From NCBI GenBank assembly GCA_964543815.1, contig CAZIZG010000003.1:17833-81832 (forward strand): DNA of 64,000 nucleotides, written 5' to 3'. Position numbers and translations under genes: made by a program. The number at the start of each line of letters is the position of its first letter. The first letter of the stretch is position 1. The stretch comes from an uncultured Bdellovibrionales bacterium (GTDB lineage Bacteria; Patescibacteriota; Minisyncoccia; Moranbacterales; UBA1568). Shown in pieces: positions 47,976 through 57,362 of the stretch. The notes under the pieces are model-generated. The model had not been told where the DNA came from. It searched no databases and saw only the letters and a list, made by a program, of their open reading frames with translations.

Positions 47976-50633
47976 TCACATAATATCAATTAAATCTTCC
48001 TTCGTTGCCACCTTAAAATTCTCAAATCCGATCGCTCTAAAATGTTTCTCTCCACAGAAAATCTTCTGCTGCTCAACCAATGGTAGTTCAGCAGTCAAAT
48101 CCTCATATCCAAATTTTGTTTCCCGTACAAGATATAATTTTTCTCCCTCACTCGTATTCCATACAATTGCCCAGTCCGGAATATATCCCCCAAGCGGAGT
48201 ATCCACCACAAACCCGCGCGGAAGCTTTGTATACACCCGGACGTTTTGACTTTGTTCCAAATGCTCAGCAAATAATTTTTCGCCTTTACTATCAAACGCT
48301 ACACGATCAAATACCGACTTATCACTCTCAATACTCTTACTTGGCAACACTTCGAAATCCTTAAAAAGTACATCAACCTCCCAATAATCACCCGTTGGAA
48401 TATACTTCAATCCTTCATTGATCAATAAATCATTCAGACACCCATTCAAAATCACAACGACACTCCGAATGTACTCTTCTGGATTATCAAGCAGCAAATC
48501 AAGATTCTCTACACGAGACAAAGCATCGAAAACGGTCCTCCTCGTTAACCCAGTTTCACGCGCAATGCGATCAACCACATTCTGCAAAAATACCTTCCGA
48601 TCCAACTTTGCCCCAGCGGACTGGCCAGCATATACCGTCTGTATTTTGTTTCTTTCATCGAAATAGACATTAACCTTCTCAACCGTCACGATCAAATTCG
48701 AGATATTCCGCTCGTTGATCTTTTCGACAGCATTCCCGATCAATTTTTCTGTTTGGACTTCGATATTGAACTTCGTCCGCTGGCTAATTCTCTTCCAAAG
48801 CTCCTTAAAATCATCTTCGCCAATATACTTGGTCGGCCGCACCAACACCTTCTTTTCCTTGGCATCTGTCATTTCTACTTGTTCTGTATAACCAGCCTCG
48901 GTAAATTCCGCCTGCAACTGCCCGACATACTCCCGATAGCTCTCATTTGCCACTACCGTCAGAGTATTTATTCGGGGATCATACACGCGATTACCATTCA
49001 CATCCACAGCCAAGCGCAAACCGCGGCCGATTTCTTGCCGCTTTTTCATGAGAGAATTCGTCTCGCGCAAAGTACAAATCTGAAAAATATTCGGGTTATC
49101 CCATCCCTCCTTCAAAGCAGAGTGCGAAAAGATAAACGAAACAGGCTCAGAGAAAGAAAGCAATCGTTCCTTATCCTTCATGATCAAATCATAGGCCTCC
49201 TTGTCTATCTTGGAATCACCACGCGTATCCTGAAAAACCACCTGCCCCTTCTCTTTCTTACTGGCAAAATATCCTTTGTGAACAGTCTGTACATCGGCAT
49301 CCTTGAACTGATCATAATTCCCCTTCAATCTCTCAAATTCCTCAACAAAAATCTTCCGAATCAAACTCTCTTCGTGGGTATAATTATCAACTCGATCAAT
49401 GAAAAACAATGACAAAACTTTGATACCCATTCCAAGCTCTTCTTGTTTATCAAAATGCGCTTTGATCGTCTCGCGAATCTGCGTGCGAAATACGGCTTCT
49501 TTATTCTCACTCCCCTCATCCAAGCGATAATACTTTCCATCCGAAAGCTCGACGCGATTGTGTTGCGCATTAACGTCGTTCACTTGTAGTCCAGCATATG
49601 CCGCATTCTTGGTCTTTCGCGCCACATCATCCCCTGCCTTCAAGACAATTTCTTTTCGGACAAACTCATCATTGGCATTTTTTATTTCTACTAAAACCTT
49701 TGCCTTTGGGGACTCCCCTTTCTTCGTTTCAATACTCCGCACCCTGAAAACCAATGCATTCGAATCATCATCCTTCACACCAAATACCGATATCTTTTTG
49801 ACTAACCCTTTCTTATAAGCATCAATCGGCGTCAGGCGATAGACAAGATTATGGATCTCTTTGTGCGTCGCGCTATATCGTAACTTGAAAAGCGGAGCCA
49901 AATCAGCAATGGCCGCCTTCGAAAGTTCTGACTCCATATTCTGCGGCTCATCCATGATCACCACTGGTCGAGTTGCTGCCACGAGACTGATCGGACTTTC
50001 ACCATTGAAGCGATCCGGCGTCGAGCGCATGATATTAGTATCACTATTGAACGACTGAATCGTCATCACCATGATTTGAATGTCCAGCCCTTGTGCGAAA
50101 TCACGCACGCGCGAAAGTTTACTAGAATCGTATGCAAAGTATCCATACCCCACACCATACAAATCTCGAAAGTGCTCTTTGGTTTGTTCGAGTGTTTTCA
50201 AAACGCCCTCACGGATGGCCACGCTCGGAACAAGAATGATAAACTTCTTCAATCCATATTTCTTGTTGAGTTCAAAGATTGTCCGAAGATAAACATAGGT
50301 CTTTCCAGTACCCGTTTCCATTTCAATGGAAAAATCGAAACCACTCAACTTTTTATCTGGTTCACCACCAAACACATATTCCCCAAATGCACCAGCAAAC
50401 TCGCTAATATCATCTACTTTTTCAAAAAGGGAATTTCTTTTCTGTATAGAAAATAAGTTTTTTAAAATTCTATCCTGTTCAATCTCCAACTCATTTTTTA
50501 TTACAGAAACAGCCGAGCGCAACTCAAAAGACTCTTCACTTCTTACAAAGTTTCTTCCAGTATCAAAGATATCCACGATCGCATCGACCGCTTCCAGCTG
50601 ATACCCTAGATCTTTTGAGAATTTAAATTTCAT
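47976..50633 (-). CDS. res: Type III restriction endonuclease (Res)
   Basis: METGTGKTYVY, VP..AIREG, DEPQN, YSAT, EGWDNPN.FQIC, QEIGRGLRL, C-terminal Y.PDWA...ETK. Confidence 0.95.
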   Translation of the reverse strand: MKFKFSKDLGYQLEAVDAIVDIFDTGRNFVRSEESFELRSAVSVIKNELEIEQDRILKNLFSIQKRNSLFEKVDDISEFAGAFGEYVFGGEPDKKLSGFDFSIEMETGTGKTYVYLRTIFELNKKYGLKKFIILVPSVAIREGVLKTLEQTKEHFRDLYGVGYGYFAYDSSKLSRVRDFAQGLDIQIMVMTIQSFNSDTNIMRSTPDRFNGESPISLVAATRPVVIMDEPQNMESELSKAAIADLAPLFKLRYSATHKEIHNLVYRLTPIDAYKKGLVKKISVFGVKDDDSNALVFRVRSIETKKGESPKAKVLVEIKNANDEFVRKEIVLKAGDDVARKTKNAAYAGLQVNDVNAQHNRVELSDGKYYRLDEGSENKEAVFRTQIRETIKAHFDKQEELGMGIKVLSLFFIDRVDNYTHEESLIRKIFVEEFERLKGNYDQFKDADVQTVHKGYFASKKEKGQVVFQDTRGDSKIDKEAYDLIMKDKERLLSFSEPVSFIFSHSALKEGWDNPNIFQICTLRETNSLMKKRQEIGRGLRLAVDVNGNRVYDPRINTLTVVANESYREYVGQLQAEFTEAGYTEQVEMTDAKEKKVLVRPTKYIGEDDFKELWKRISQRTKFNIEVQTEKLIGNAVEKINERNISNLIVTVEKVNVYFDERNKIQTVYAGQSAGAKLDRKVFLQNVVDRIARETGLTRRTVFDALSRVENLDLLLDNPEEYIRSVVVILNGCLNDLLINEGLKYIPTGDYWEVDVLFKDFEVLPSKSIESDKSVFDRVAFDSKGEKLFAEHLEQSQNVRVYTKLPRGFVVDTPLGGYIPDWAIVWNTSEGEKLYLVRETKFGYEDLTAELPLVEQQKIFCGEKHFRAIGFENFKVATKEDLIDIM

Positions 50634-50637
50634 CCTT

Positions 50638-51381
50638 TTAACTAATGTTGTTATCCAAAGAAAACATTTTCACAAAAAACTTCCCCTTATCTGTTAGAGT
50701 TATATCCTTATTCTTATTAGAGAACTCTATTAATCCATTTGTATGTGAATATGCCATGACCCCCTTAGGAATGCCACGCTCCGTATAATCCCCAACAGTC
50801 CACCTGATACTACCCTCATACTGATATACAGATTCAATAAGAAAATTAAAGTCATTATAATATTCAGACTTTTTAAATGATTCATACTCTTCATTCCAGC
50901 TAACCGTCGGATCAATATTTCTGATTGCCTTTTCTTTCTTTACTTTTTCTTCAAGAACAACCAGCTTTTCAGTCTCAGCTTCTTCAAATCTCTTTTCGGC
51001 ATCGCTTAATTTCCTTTGTTCATCTATCCTTATTTTTCTTTTCTTTGTTCTATCTTCTTCATCTTTTTTAAAGGCTGGAATTAAAAACCAATCCGGAAAC
51101 TTCCAAATAACAAAGTACGTCAAAATAAATGGCATTATCCATGAAATCCAAAAATAAGGATCACTCACATTAAAAAATTCCTGGCTTAAATAATCACTCT
51201 TAAGTAATTGTTTTGACTTCCAAATTCTATCTTCGCTCACCAAAAAGACAGTGACGAGTAATTTCCAATGAAAAACTGACCACCAAATAGAAAACACACC
51301 ATAGATAGGAGTATTTACCTTTTCTTTCCAAGACTCGCTTATTGAGTCAGTAATTTCATTACTAACTTTTGGAATTTTCAT
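50638..51381 (-). CDS. Low-GC 2-TM + coiled-coil protein inside the R-M locus
   Basis: Two hydrophobic segments, charged coil, C-terminal LT.KG wHTH-like motif. Confidence 0.75.
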   Translation of the reverse strand: MKIPKVSNEITDSISESWKEKVNTPIYGVFSIWWSVFHWKLLVTVFLVSEDRIWKSKQLLKSDYLSQEFFNVSDPYFWISWIMPFILTYFVIWKFPDWFLIPAFKKDEEDRTKKRKIRIDEQRKLSDAEKRFEEAETEKLVVLEEKVKKEKAIRNIDPTVSWNEEYESFKKSEYYNDFNFLIESVYQYEGSIRWTVGDYTERGIPKGVMAYSHTNGLIEFSNKNKDITLTDKGKFFVKMFSLDNNIS

Positions 51382-51392
51382 AACACTCCAAG

Positions 51393-52379
51393 TTATTTAT
51401 CAGATTTAGTTAACTCAATAACTTGTCTCACTGGGTTTCCGGGATTACTTATGGTTTTTAAATAGCCCGTGTCCTTGGTATCAAAAATTGCTCTAGTTAA
51501 CTCAGCAAGCATTGCGTTGGCCGTCTCCTTATCATTTTCGCTTTCGGTCGGACGAATAGAATTTAATAGTGCTTGATGGGAATCAAGAGCATTCTGACGC
51601 TGGGTATTTACATAATAGAGGTGTTTTTCAGCAGAATAATTTCTATTGAAATGAGCAATAGCGAAACCTCCAATTGAAAGAATCAAAAACTTTAGCAATA
51701 ACCCCTGATGAAAAATCTCGGTTAGAACTTGACTAGTATTTTGATTCTGGACTCTTACAAACCAATCGGTATCCCCTGCAAGCAAAAGAATAGCAATAAT
51801 CAGTGTCACTCCAGCGCTCAAAGCCATATATGTCTGAGCGTTTTTTGCCGCTTGGTCATTTTTATCAGCACAATCCCCAAAAAACCTTCCATACTTTATA
51901 GCCTCAATCTTCTGGGCCTCATTCTGAACAGTACTGAGTAAAGACTGTGCTTTTGTAATCTGTGCCTCAAACTCCCCTATCTTACCCTGAGCGTCGATAA
52001 TCTGCCTCTTAAACTCCTCATTTTTAGCAGGATCTTTCAAAACAAGGAACGTGTAAAATGGTCCCATGCTTTGATGTAACTCAAACTCTTTATTTCTTAT
52101 GGTATCAAGCCATTGTTGTCTCTCGTTAATATTCTGAAAACCAAGAATTTGATTTTTCAGCTGCAAGAATTGCTGTAAATGAGTACGGATACTGTTTAAA
52201 AACTGTGGCGGAAAATTTTCAAGATCCGCATGATTAAAAATCGTATCAAAAACTTCCCTTATCCCCTCAAAAGAGGGCTTCGACTCTTCAAGGCTATAAG
52301 AACCCAGGTCCTTTCTTAACAAAGAAGTCCAATCTAAGCTTCTATATTGTTCTATAGAATCGCGAAGTTGCTGATCCAT
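51393..52379 (-). CDS. Low-GC coiled-coil + 2-TM protein inside the R-M locus
   Basis: Helical N-terminus, coiled coil, two TM, cytoplasmic tail. Confidence 0.75.
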   Translation of the reverse strand: MDQQLRDSIEQYRSLDWTSLLRKDLGSYSLEESKPSFEGIREVFDTIFNHADLENFPPQFLNSIRTHLQQFLQLKNQILGFQNINERQQWLDTIRNKEFELHQSMGPFYTFLVLKDPAKNEEFKRQIIDAQGKIGEFEAQITKAQSLLSTVQNEAQKIEAIKYGRFFGDCADKNDQAAKNAQTYMALSAGVTLIIAILLLAGDTDWFVRVQNQNTSQVLTEIFHQGLLLKFLILSIGGFAIAHFNRNYSAEKHLYYVNTQRQNALDSHQALLNSIRPTESENDKETANAMLAELTRAIFDTKDTGYLKTISNPGNPVRQVIELTKSDK

Positions 52380-52384
52380 ACGGA

Positions 52385-54271
52385 TTAAATCACTTTCAAA
52401 ATTACATTCTTCGAAATATTCACTTTTGTTGTGTCATCAAGCGCAGAATCGAGACACACAAAAATATCTTCTAGTTTGAGACCGAGAGACTCGACTTGCT
52501 CTTTAGAAATTTTTTCCACAAATGTTACAGCAAGCTTTTTATTGTCATCAATAACAACCCAAGAATTAAGATCATCCTTTTCCTGTGTAACCTTAGCATT
52601 TAAACTAAAACCTTCTTTAACAAGAATTTCGTATACGACCGCACGCTCATCGTAACCGTCAACAAGTGGATACTCGAGAAAAAGTTTAGACTGAGCCAAG
52701 AGCTTTTCTTGATCATCATTTTCGGTCAAAACACTCCACTGTCGATAATTTGATTTTTGAAGTACAAAAGTCTTGAAGCCCGTATCTCCTTTATCAACTT
52801 TCTCTCCTGCGCGCCGGATACGCTCTCGAGAAATATCAGCAATGGTCTTGTATCCAGCTTTGTATGCCTCACTTTTCTCATCCGTCGCTTCTGGCAACTG
52901 CACACAGATCCACTTCCGATTCCCATCATCCTCATCGTTCAAATCCATCACTGCATGCGCTGTCGTTCCGGAGCCAGCAAAAAAATCAAGCACCAAATCA
53001 TCTTTTCTTGTGCCAACAGTCAAACACTTTTTTATCAAATCGATTGACTTAGGAAAATCAAAATAAGAACTACCCTCAAAAAGCTCTCTGAATATTTCCT
53101 TACCGAACTCGTTATTTATTTCACTTTCGATCCAAAGCGCCTTTTGTTTTGTAGTTGCTAACTCGCCACTTTCATCATGCAAATAGTCTTTTCTATATAC
53201 TCTCCAGGCCCCCGTATTTACTTCTTTAGCCAAGAGATTGCTTATATTTTCTGCAACTTTTTTCTGACCCCAGGTCCAACAACCCTCTACTCCTTTTGAA
53301 TTAAGTGGCATTGCCTCAACAATAAAGCCTTCATCCCTCTTTAAAGAAACCTCGTTGGTTTTTGGATTTACATAGATAGGGTAAAAAAGATTCGGGCGAT
53401 TTGAACGATTAAAGACCGGGTTTCGATTCCTTAATTCTAACAATCGAAATTTTCCATTCTTATCTTCTTTATTATACTCAGAAATCTTTTCTTCACTTTT
53501 CACAATTTCATACAGACCACCGTCTTCTATATTTTTAGCATATACCAAAATATACTCATGTGTTTTAGCAAAGTACCTATCAAGAGTACGTCCTCGAGGA
53601 TTTAATTGAACAATAATTTGAGCCACAAAATTCTCCTCACCGAAAACCTCATCCATGATGAGATGAAGATTGGCGGCTTCGTTATCATCGATAGAGATAA
53701 AAATCACACCATCTTCACGAAGAAGATTTTTTGCCAAAAACAGTCGCGGATACATCATGGTAAGCCAGTCACTATGAAAACGACCGTTCTTCTCGGTATT
53801 GGCAGTCATTTTGATCCCGCCTTCTGTCTGACCGGTCTGCTCATAATAATCAGCGACGCTCTGCGCGAAATTATCCTTATATACAAAATCATGCCCCGTA
53901 TTATACGGTGGGTCAATATAAATCATCTTAATCTGTTCGCGATATTTCTTCTGGAGCAATTTCAATACCTCGAGATTATCTCCTTCGATAAAAACATTCT
54001 CGGTCTTGTCCCAATTCTTGCTCTCATCTTCCTGAGGAAACAGAGTTCCTTTGGCTGTCTCACGAATCAGCCGAAAGGCATTACTTTTTCCAGCCCAGTT
54101 CAAACCATACTTTTCTTCTCTGCCAGCAATTCCCTCTGCGTCAAAAAACTTCTTGAGCGCATCAAAATCAACCGAGCCATCTTTTACAAACTGCGGAAAT
54201 ACCCTCCGAAGCTTCTCCAGATTCTCATTCTGTATGTTTTCAGATGTTGTAGAAACTTTTTCAATAGTCAT
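52385..54271 (-). CDS. mod: Type III DNA adenine methyltransferase (Mod)
   Basis: EGDNLEVLK, IYIDPPYNTG, HSDWL.MM, FPK, DFFAGSGTT. Confidence 0.95.
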   Translation of the reverse strand: MTIEKVSTTSENIQNENLEKLRRVFPQFVKDGSVDFDALKKFFDAEGIAGREEKYGLNWAGKSNAFRLIRETAKGTLFPQEDESKNWDKTENVFIEGDNLEVLKLLQKKYREQIKMIYIDPPYNTGHDFVYKDNFAQSVADYYEQTGQTEGGIKMTANTEKNGRFHSDWLTMMYPRLFLAKNLLREDGVIFISIDDNEAANLHLIMDEVFGEENFVAQIIVQLNPRGRTLDRYFAKTHEYILVYAKNIEDGGLYEIVKSEEKISEYNKEDKNGKFRLLELRNRNPVFNRSNRPNLFYPIYVNPKTNEVSLKRDEGFIVEAMPLNSKGVEGCWTWGQKKVAENISNLLAKEVNTGAWRVYRKDYLHDESGELATTKQKALWIESEINNEFGKEIFRELFEGSSYFDFPKSIDLIKKCLTVGTRKDDLVLDFFAGSGTTAHAVMDLNDEDDGNRKWICVQLPEATDEKSEAYKAGYKTIADISRERIRRAGEKVDKGDTGFKTFVLQKSNYRQWSVLTENDDQEKLLAQSKLFLEYPLVDGYDERAVVYEILVKEGFSLNAKVTQEKDDLNSWVVIDDNKKLAVTFVEKISKEQVESLGLKLEDIFVCLDSALDDTTKVNISKNVILKVI

Positions 54272-54275
54272 ATCT

Positions 54276-54452
54276 TTATTTCTTCCAATCCTTAACCATC
54301 AATCCACCGCGAGTTCTTTTGACGACTACCTTTTGCTTTTCTTTCCATCCAAGCTCTCGAACGAGTTCGATCGGGAGCGTGAGGCCGATGGATTTACCAC
54401 CAAGTTTGGTCAGTTTTCTGACTTCTTTTTCGTTAGTCGCTTTGTTTGCCAT
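54276..54452 (-). CDS. AbrB/MazE/SpoVT-like DNA-binding protein (58 aa)
   Basis: Manual translation MANKATNEKEVRKLTKLGGKSIGLTLPIELVRELGWKEKQKVVVKRTRGGLMVKDWKK; directly upstream of mod. Confidence 0.8.
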   Translation of the reverse strand: MANKATNEKEVRKLTKLGGKSIGLTLPIELVRELGWKEKQKVVVKRTRGGLMVKDWKK

Positions 54453-54462
54453 ACTCGAAAAA

Positions 54463-54767
54463 TACGTAATTTACCCTGTCAAATACGATTTGAGTCTATT
54501 TTTTAAAAACATTTTTCCATGGTAAGTTTTTAGATACTTTTCCCTATGCGTTGCATCTTGTTGATTGAGACACGCTTCATAGTACGCCAATTCAAGTGGT
54601 CGTCTATCTTTGGTTGATTCTACGTGCCCCTTTTTATGTTCCTCAAATCGTAATTTCAAATCCTTCGTATATCCAGTATAGAACTTCCCATCTTTTGCAG
54701 ATTTAAGTACGTAGGTATAGTACATAACCTGACAGATTTGAAATTATTTAACAGGGTGAATTACGTA
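54463..54767. mobile_element. Candidate 305-bp GIY-YIG mini-element with 23-bp terminal inverted repeats
   Basis: TACGTAATTTACCCTGTCAAATA (54463-54485) matches the reverse complement of 54745-54767 at 21 of 23 positions. Confidence 0.6.
54471..54725 (-). CDS. Small GIY-YIG nuclease ending LKSYLTG
   Basis: YTYVL.S..DG.FYTGYT.DL..R...H..G...STK.RRP..L.YYEA......A..REKYLK. Confidence 0.92.
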   Translation of the reverse strand: MYYTYVLKSAKDGKFYTGYTKDLKLRFEEHKKGHVESTKDRRPLELAYYEACLNQQDATHREKYLKTYHGKMFLKNRLKSYLTG

Positions 54768-54985
54768 ACTCCATTATACTCCCCTCCAAAAAACAAGCAA
54801 AAACCGGCCAAAAAGCCGGTTTCTGGAATATACTCATCTATATACTCTACCCCTCCGCCAGGACTTCAAAGCCACCGTAGGCGACGTATCCCTTGACTTT
54901 CCCGAAAAATCACGCAAACATGGGAGCTATCTGTTGCGCCCCTGTAACAGTCTCTTGTTCTTCCCCGAAAACCAGTGAGGTATCC

Positions 54986-55606
54986 ATGGATAACACCGCC
55001 CCGATTGTGCCGACGTTCAATGGTGAGCTCGCACATGGCGCCGCCACCCTCTGCGATTTCTTCCTCGTTCCTACCGAGGACCAAGTCCCGGTGACCAAGG
55101 TCACCATCCTGGTCGATGGAGACAAACACAAGTTTGCCGTTGGGAACGGCAAGTACCGGTCGACCCTCTTCCTCCTCTACTGCGCGGTGCTCAAGCAGAG
55201 CACGTCGTTCACCTTCGATGCCGAGCTCAAGGCCATGCTCGTGCCCTACTTCAGCGCCGAGCTCGTCGACCAAGCCAAGCTCCCCGAAACCGAGCATGTC
55301 GCGCTCGGGCACCTGGTCATCGGCAAAAGCATCCAGGTGAACCTGGTCCTCAAGCCCGGCTACGAACTACCGAAGAATCCCGGCCGGTCCCTGCGCAAGC
55401 TCATCGAGCACGGCTGGAATCAGCGTAAGCAGCTGGGACCGAACTCGGCCGCACCACTCATCCGGCAAGCCGTCCAGCAATTCATCGAAGGCGAACGCAG
55501 TGGTGCCATCCGTGTCCACAACAGTCGTCGCCAGGATGTGTGGCCTGACTACGACTGGGTAGACAATGTTCGGTCTCTCCGTCGTCTGCTCGCTGTTTCG
55601 CTGTAA
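54986..55606 (+). CDS. Hypothetical 206-aa protein, paralog of 40498..41115
   Basis: GAGGT SD; TTGACT at 54893-54898; terminator AACCCG.CACTC..GAGTG.CGGGTTTTTT; strong GC3. Confidence 0.8.
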   Translation: MDNTAPIVPTFNGELAHGAATLCDFFLVPTEDQVPVTKVTILVDGDKHKFAVGNGKYRSTLFLLYCAVLKQSTSFTFDAELKAMLVPYFSAELVDQAKLPETEHVALGHLVIGKSIQVNLVLKPGYELPKNPGRSLRKLIEHGWNQRKQLGPNSAAPLIRQAVQQFIEGERSGAIRVHNSRRQDVWPDYDWVDNVRSLRRLLAVSL

Positions 55607-55682
55607 TCACAGCAGCGAAAAAGCAAGTAGCGCCGATGCCAACAACCCGACACTCACCGAGTGCCGGGTTTTTTCTTGTACC

Positions 55683-56054
55683 CTAGCCCTCTACCAAGAC
55701 TTCGAAGCCGCCGTAGGCCACGCGCTTCGGATCAAACGGCATTGGTCCCTTGAAGTTTTCTGGAGCCATAAGCGGATCATTCATCACCTTGGCATTGACC
55801 TGGTCACGATGCTTGCGTGATTTGAAAACGATATAGGAAAACACGACTACTTCACCTTTCTTCAAATTGGTCATCTTGGGAAAAAGTGGCGCCATCCCCA
55901 TCGACTTGGAGCGGATATCCTCACTCACGCATTCTTTGTAATCAAGTGCCCCACATTTTTTCCACACCTTGGCCCCGAGCTTGGCCATCTTTTTGTAATC
56001 ACCCAAGTTTTTCTCCGGCATCACAATCACAAATCCGTCCACATACTTCGCCAT
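55683..56054 (-). CDS. DUF1428-family protein
   Basis: YVDGFV, GAL.Y.EC, E.VVFS.I, RD.VN.KVM.DP, MPFD.KR..YGGF. Confidence 0.92.
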   Translation of the reverse strand: MAKYVDGFVIVMPEKNLGDYKKMAKLGAKVWKKCGALDYKECVSEDIRSKSMGMAPLFPKMTNLKKGEVVVFSYIVFKSRKHRDQVNAKVMNDPLMAPENFKGPMPFDPKRVAYGGFEVLVEG

Positions 56055-56086
56055 ACTCGTACAATAAAAAGTTAGCTGTTACTTAT

Positions 56087-56437
56087 TTAAAAACTTTTTC
56101 CATCAAATTTCTCCGAGTGAAGGGTCGAGAGATCTATCCCTTCAAGACAGCGAACGTTCACCATCACCGTCGCATTGCCCGATGGGTCGGTACCGCGACC
56201 GAATGACTGAACTCCGCAGACCTTGCAAAAGAGATGAGCAATTTTTTTGGTATTGAACCGGTACTCAGTGAGCACGTCTTCACCAGAGAGGAGAGTGAAA
56301 TCCGCTGCCGGAACAAAAGCGAGGATAAATCCCTTGGCTTCGCAGTGTGAACAGTTACAGACAAATGTCTGTGCCAAATCCGTCGTCACTTCGTACCGTA
56401 CCGCCCGACAATGACAGCCACCCGTGTATTTCGCCAT
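56087..56437 (-). CDS. GFA/CENP-V family protein
   Basis: GGCHC, CNCSHC, FC.VCG, VNVRCL. Confidence 0.92.
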   Translation of the reverse strand: MAKYTGGCHCRAVRYEVTTDLAQTFVCNCSHCEAKGFILAFVPAADFTLLSGEDVLTEYRFNTKKIAHLFCKVCGVQSFGRGTDPSGNATVMVNVRCLEGIDLSTLHSEKFDGKSF

Positions 56438-56564
56438 AAGCATTTTCCTGTTAATAATCCTCCCCATTTTACACCTATCACTCGGTATGCCAAAATCACC
56501 CTCGTCTCCAGGAGAAAAATAAAAGTCGGCCTTGTGGCCGACAATACGGAAAATATGTAAACCA

Positions 56565-56783
56565 CTAGAGTTTCTCAAGCTCCTTCAAATCCTTATCCGG
56601 GAGATAAAGAATAGCGAAACCAACAATGATACCGGCTACCGCTGTGTACAGACGATTACCATCAAAGACAGTCGTATCTACGATATCAAGCAGATGCCAA
56701 ATACCCCGCCAGACCAACACCAATCCAACGACTATAGCCAAATTATGGGCGAAATAGGCAACTAAATTTCCTTTCTTCATCAT
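56565..56783 (-). CDS. Small 2-TM protein
   Basis: WRGIW.LLD motif. Confidence 0.75.
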   Translation of the reverse strand: MMKKGNLVAYFAHNLAIVVGLVLVWRGIWHLLDIVDTTVFDGNRLYTAVAGIIVGFAILYLPDKDLKELEKL

Positions 56784-56816
56784 AAGGTTGTGTAAGTATG
56801 ACTTTAGTATATCACG

Positions 56817-57353
56817 TCAAAACAGCCACCAGACAATTCCAAAGAAAACTGTCGCGAGAAGCACGAGTTCAAACGCCAGTTTGAGATTGGGTTTCAGATA
56901 CTGCTCCTCAAGCCAGTAGGGATTACCATGCTGCGCTGCTACTACCCGCTGCTCCTCACGATTGCGAAAGTACCGCTTGGGACTATACGACGCAAGCGTA
57001 AAGTAGCCACGGGAGAACGGGTGAAGCCACTGAATCCCCCAACCGCCATCGAGCGTGTCATGGATAAAATGAGCGAGCGTCCCCATCCCCCACACGAGAC
57101 CATAGGCCGGATAGAAACTCCCGATAAGGAGAGCGCCGCCGACACCGACAATAAGCGGGAGATGAAACAAATCACGATGCTCGTGAGCAAACTGGTTGGA
57201 ACGAAAACGGTTTCGGATGAGCCATACGATAAAGTCTATGTCCGGCGCCAAGGTCGCGAACACCGCAAAGAGCATGAGCACTACCATATCGCCACCACTC
57301 CCGAGTGCCACAAAAAATCCGATGACCAGTCCTACCGCAATATCGATATACAT
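56817..57353 (-). CDS. Membrane-bound metal-dependent hydrolase (YdjM-like)
   Basis: PDID, HR.L.H, H..HD, GIQWL.P. Confidence 0.8.
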   Translation of the reverse strand: MYIDIAVGLVIGFFVALGSGGDMVVLMLFAVFATLAPDIDFIVWLIRNRFRSNQFAHEHRDLFHLPLIVGVGGALLIGSFYPAYGLVWGMGTLAHFIHDTLDGGWGIQWLHPFSRGYFTLASYSPKRYFRNREEQRVVAAQHGNPYWLEEQYLKPNLKLAFELVLLATVFFGIVWWLF

Positions 57354-57362
57354 AGAAAAATA

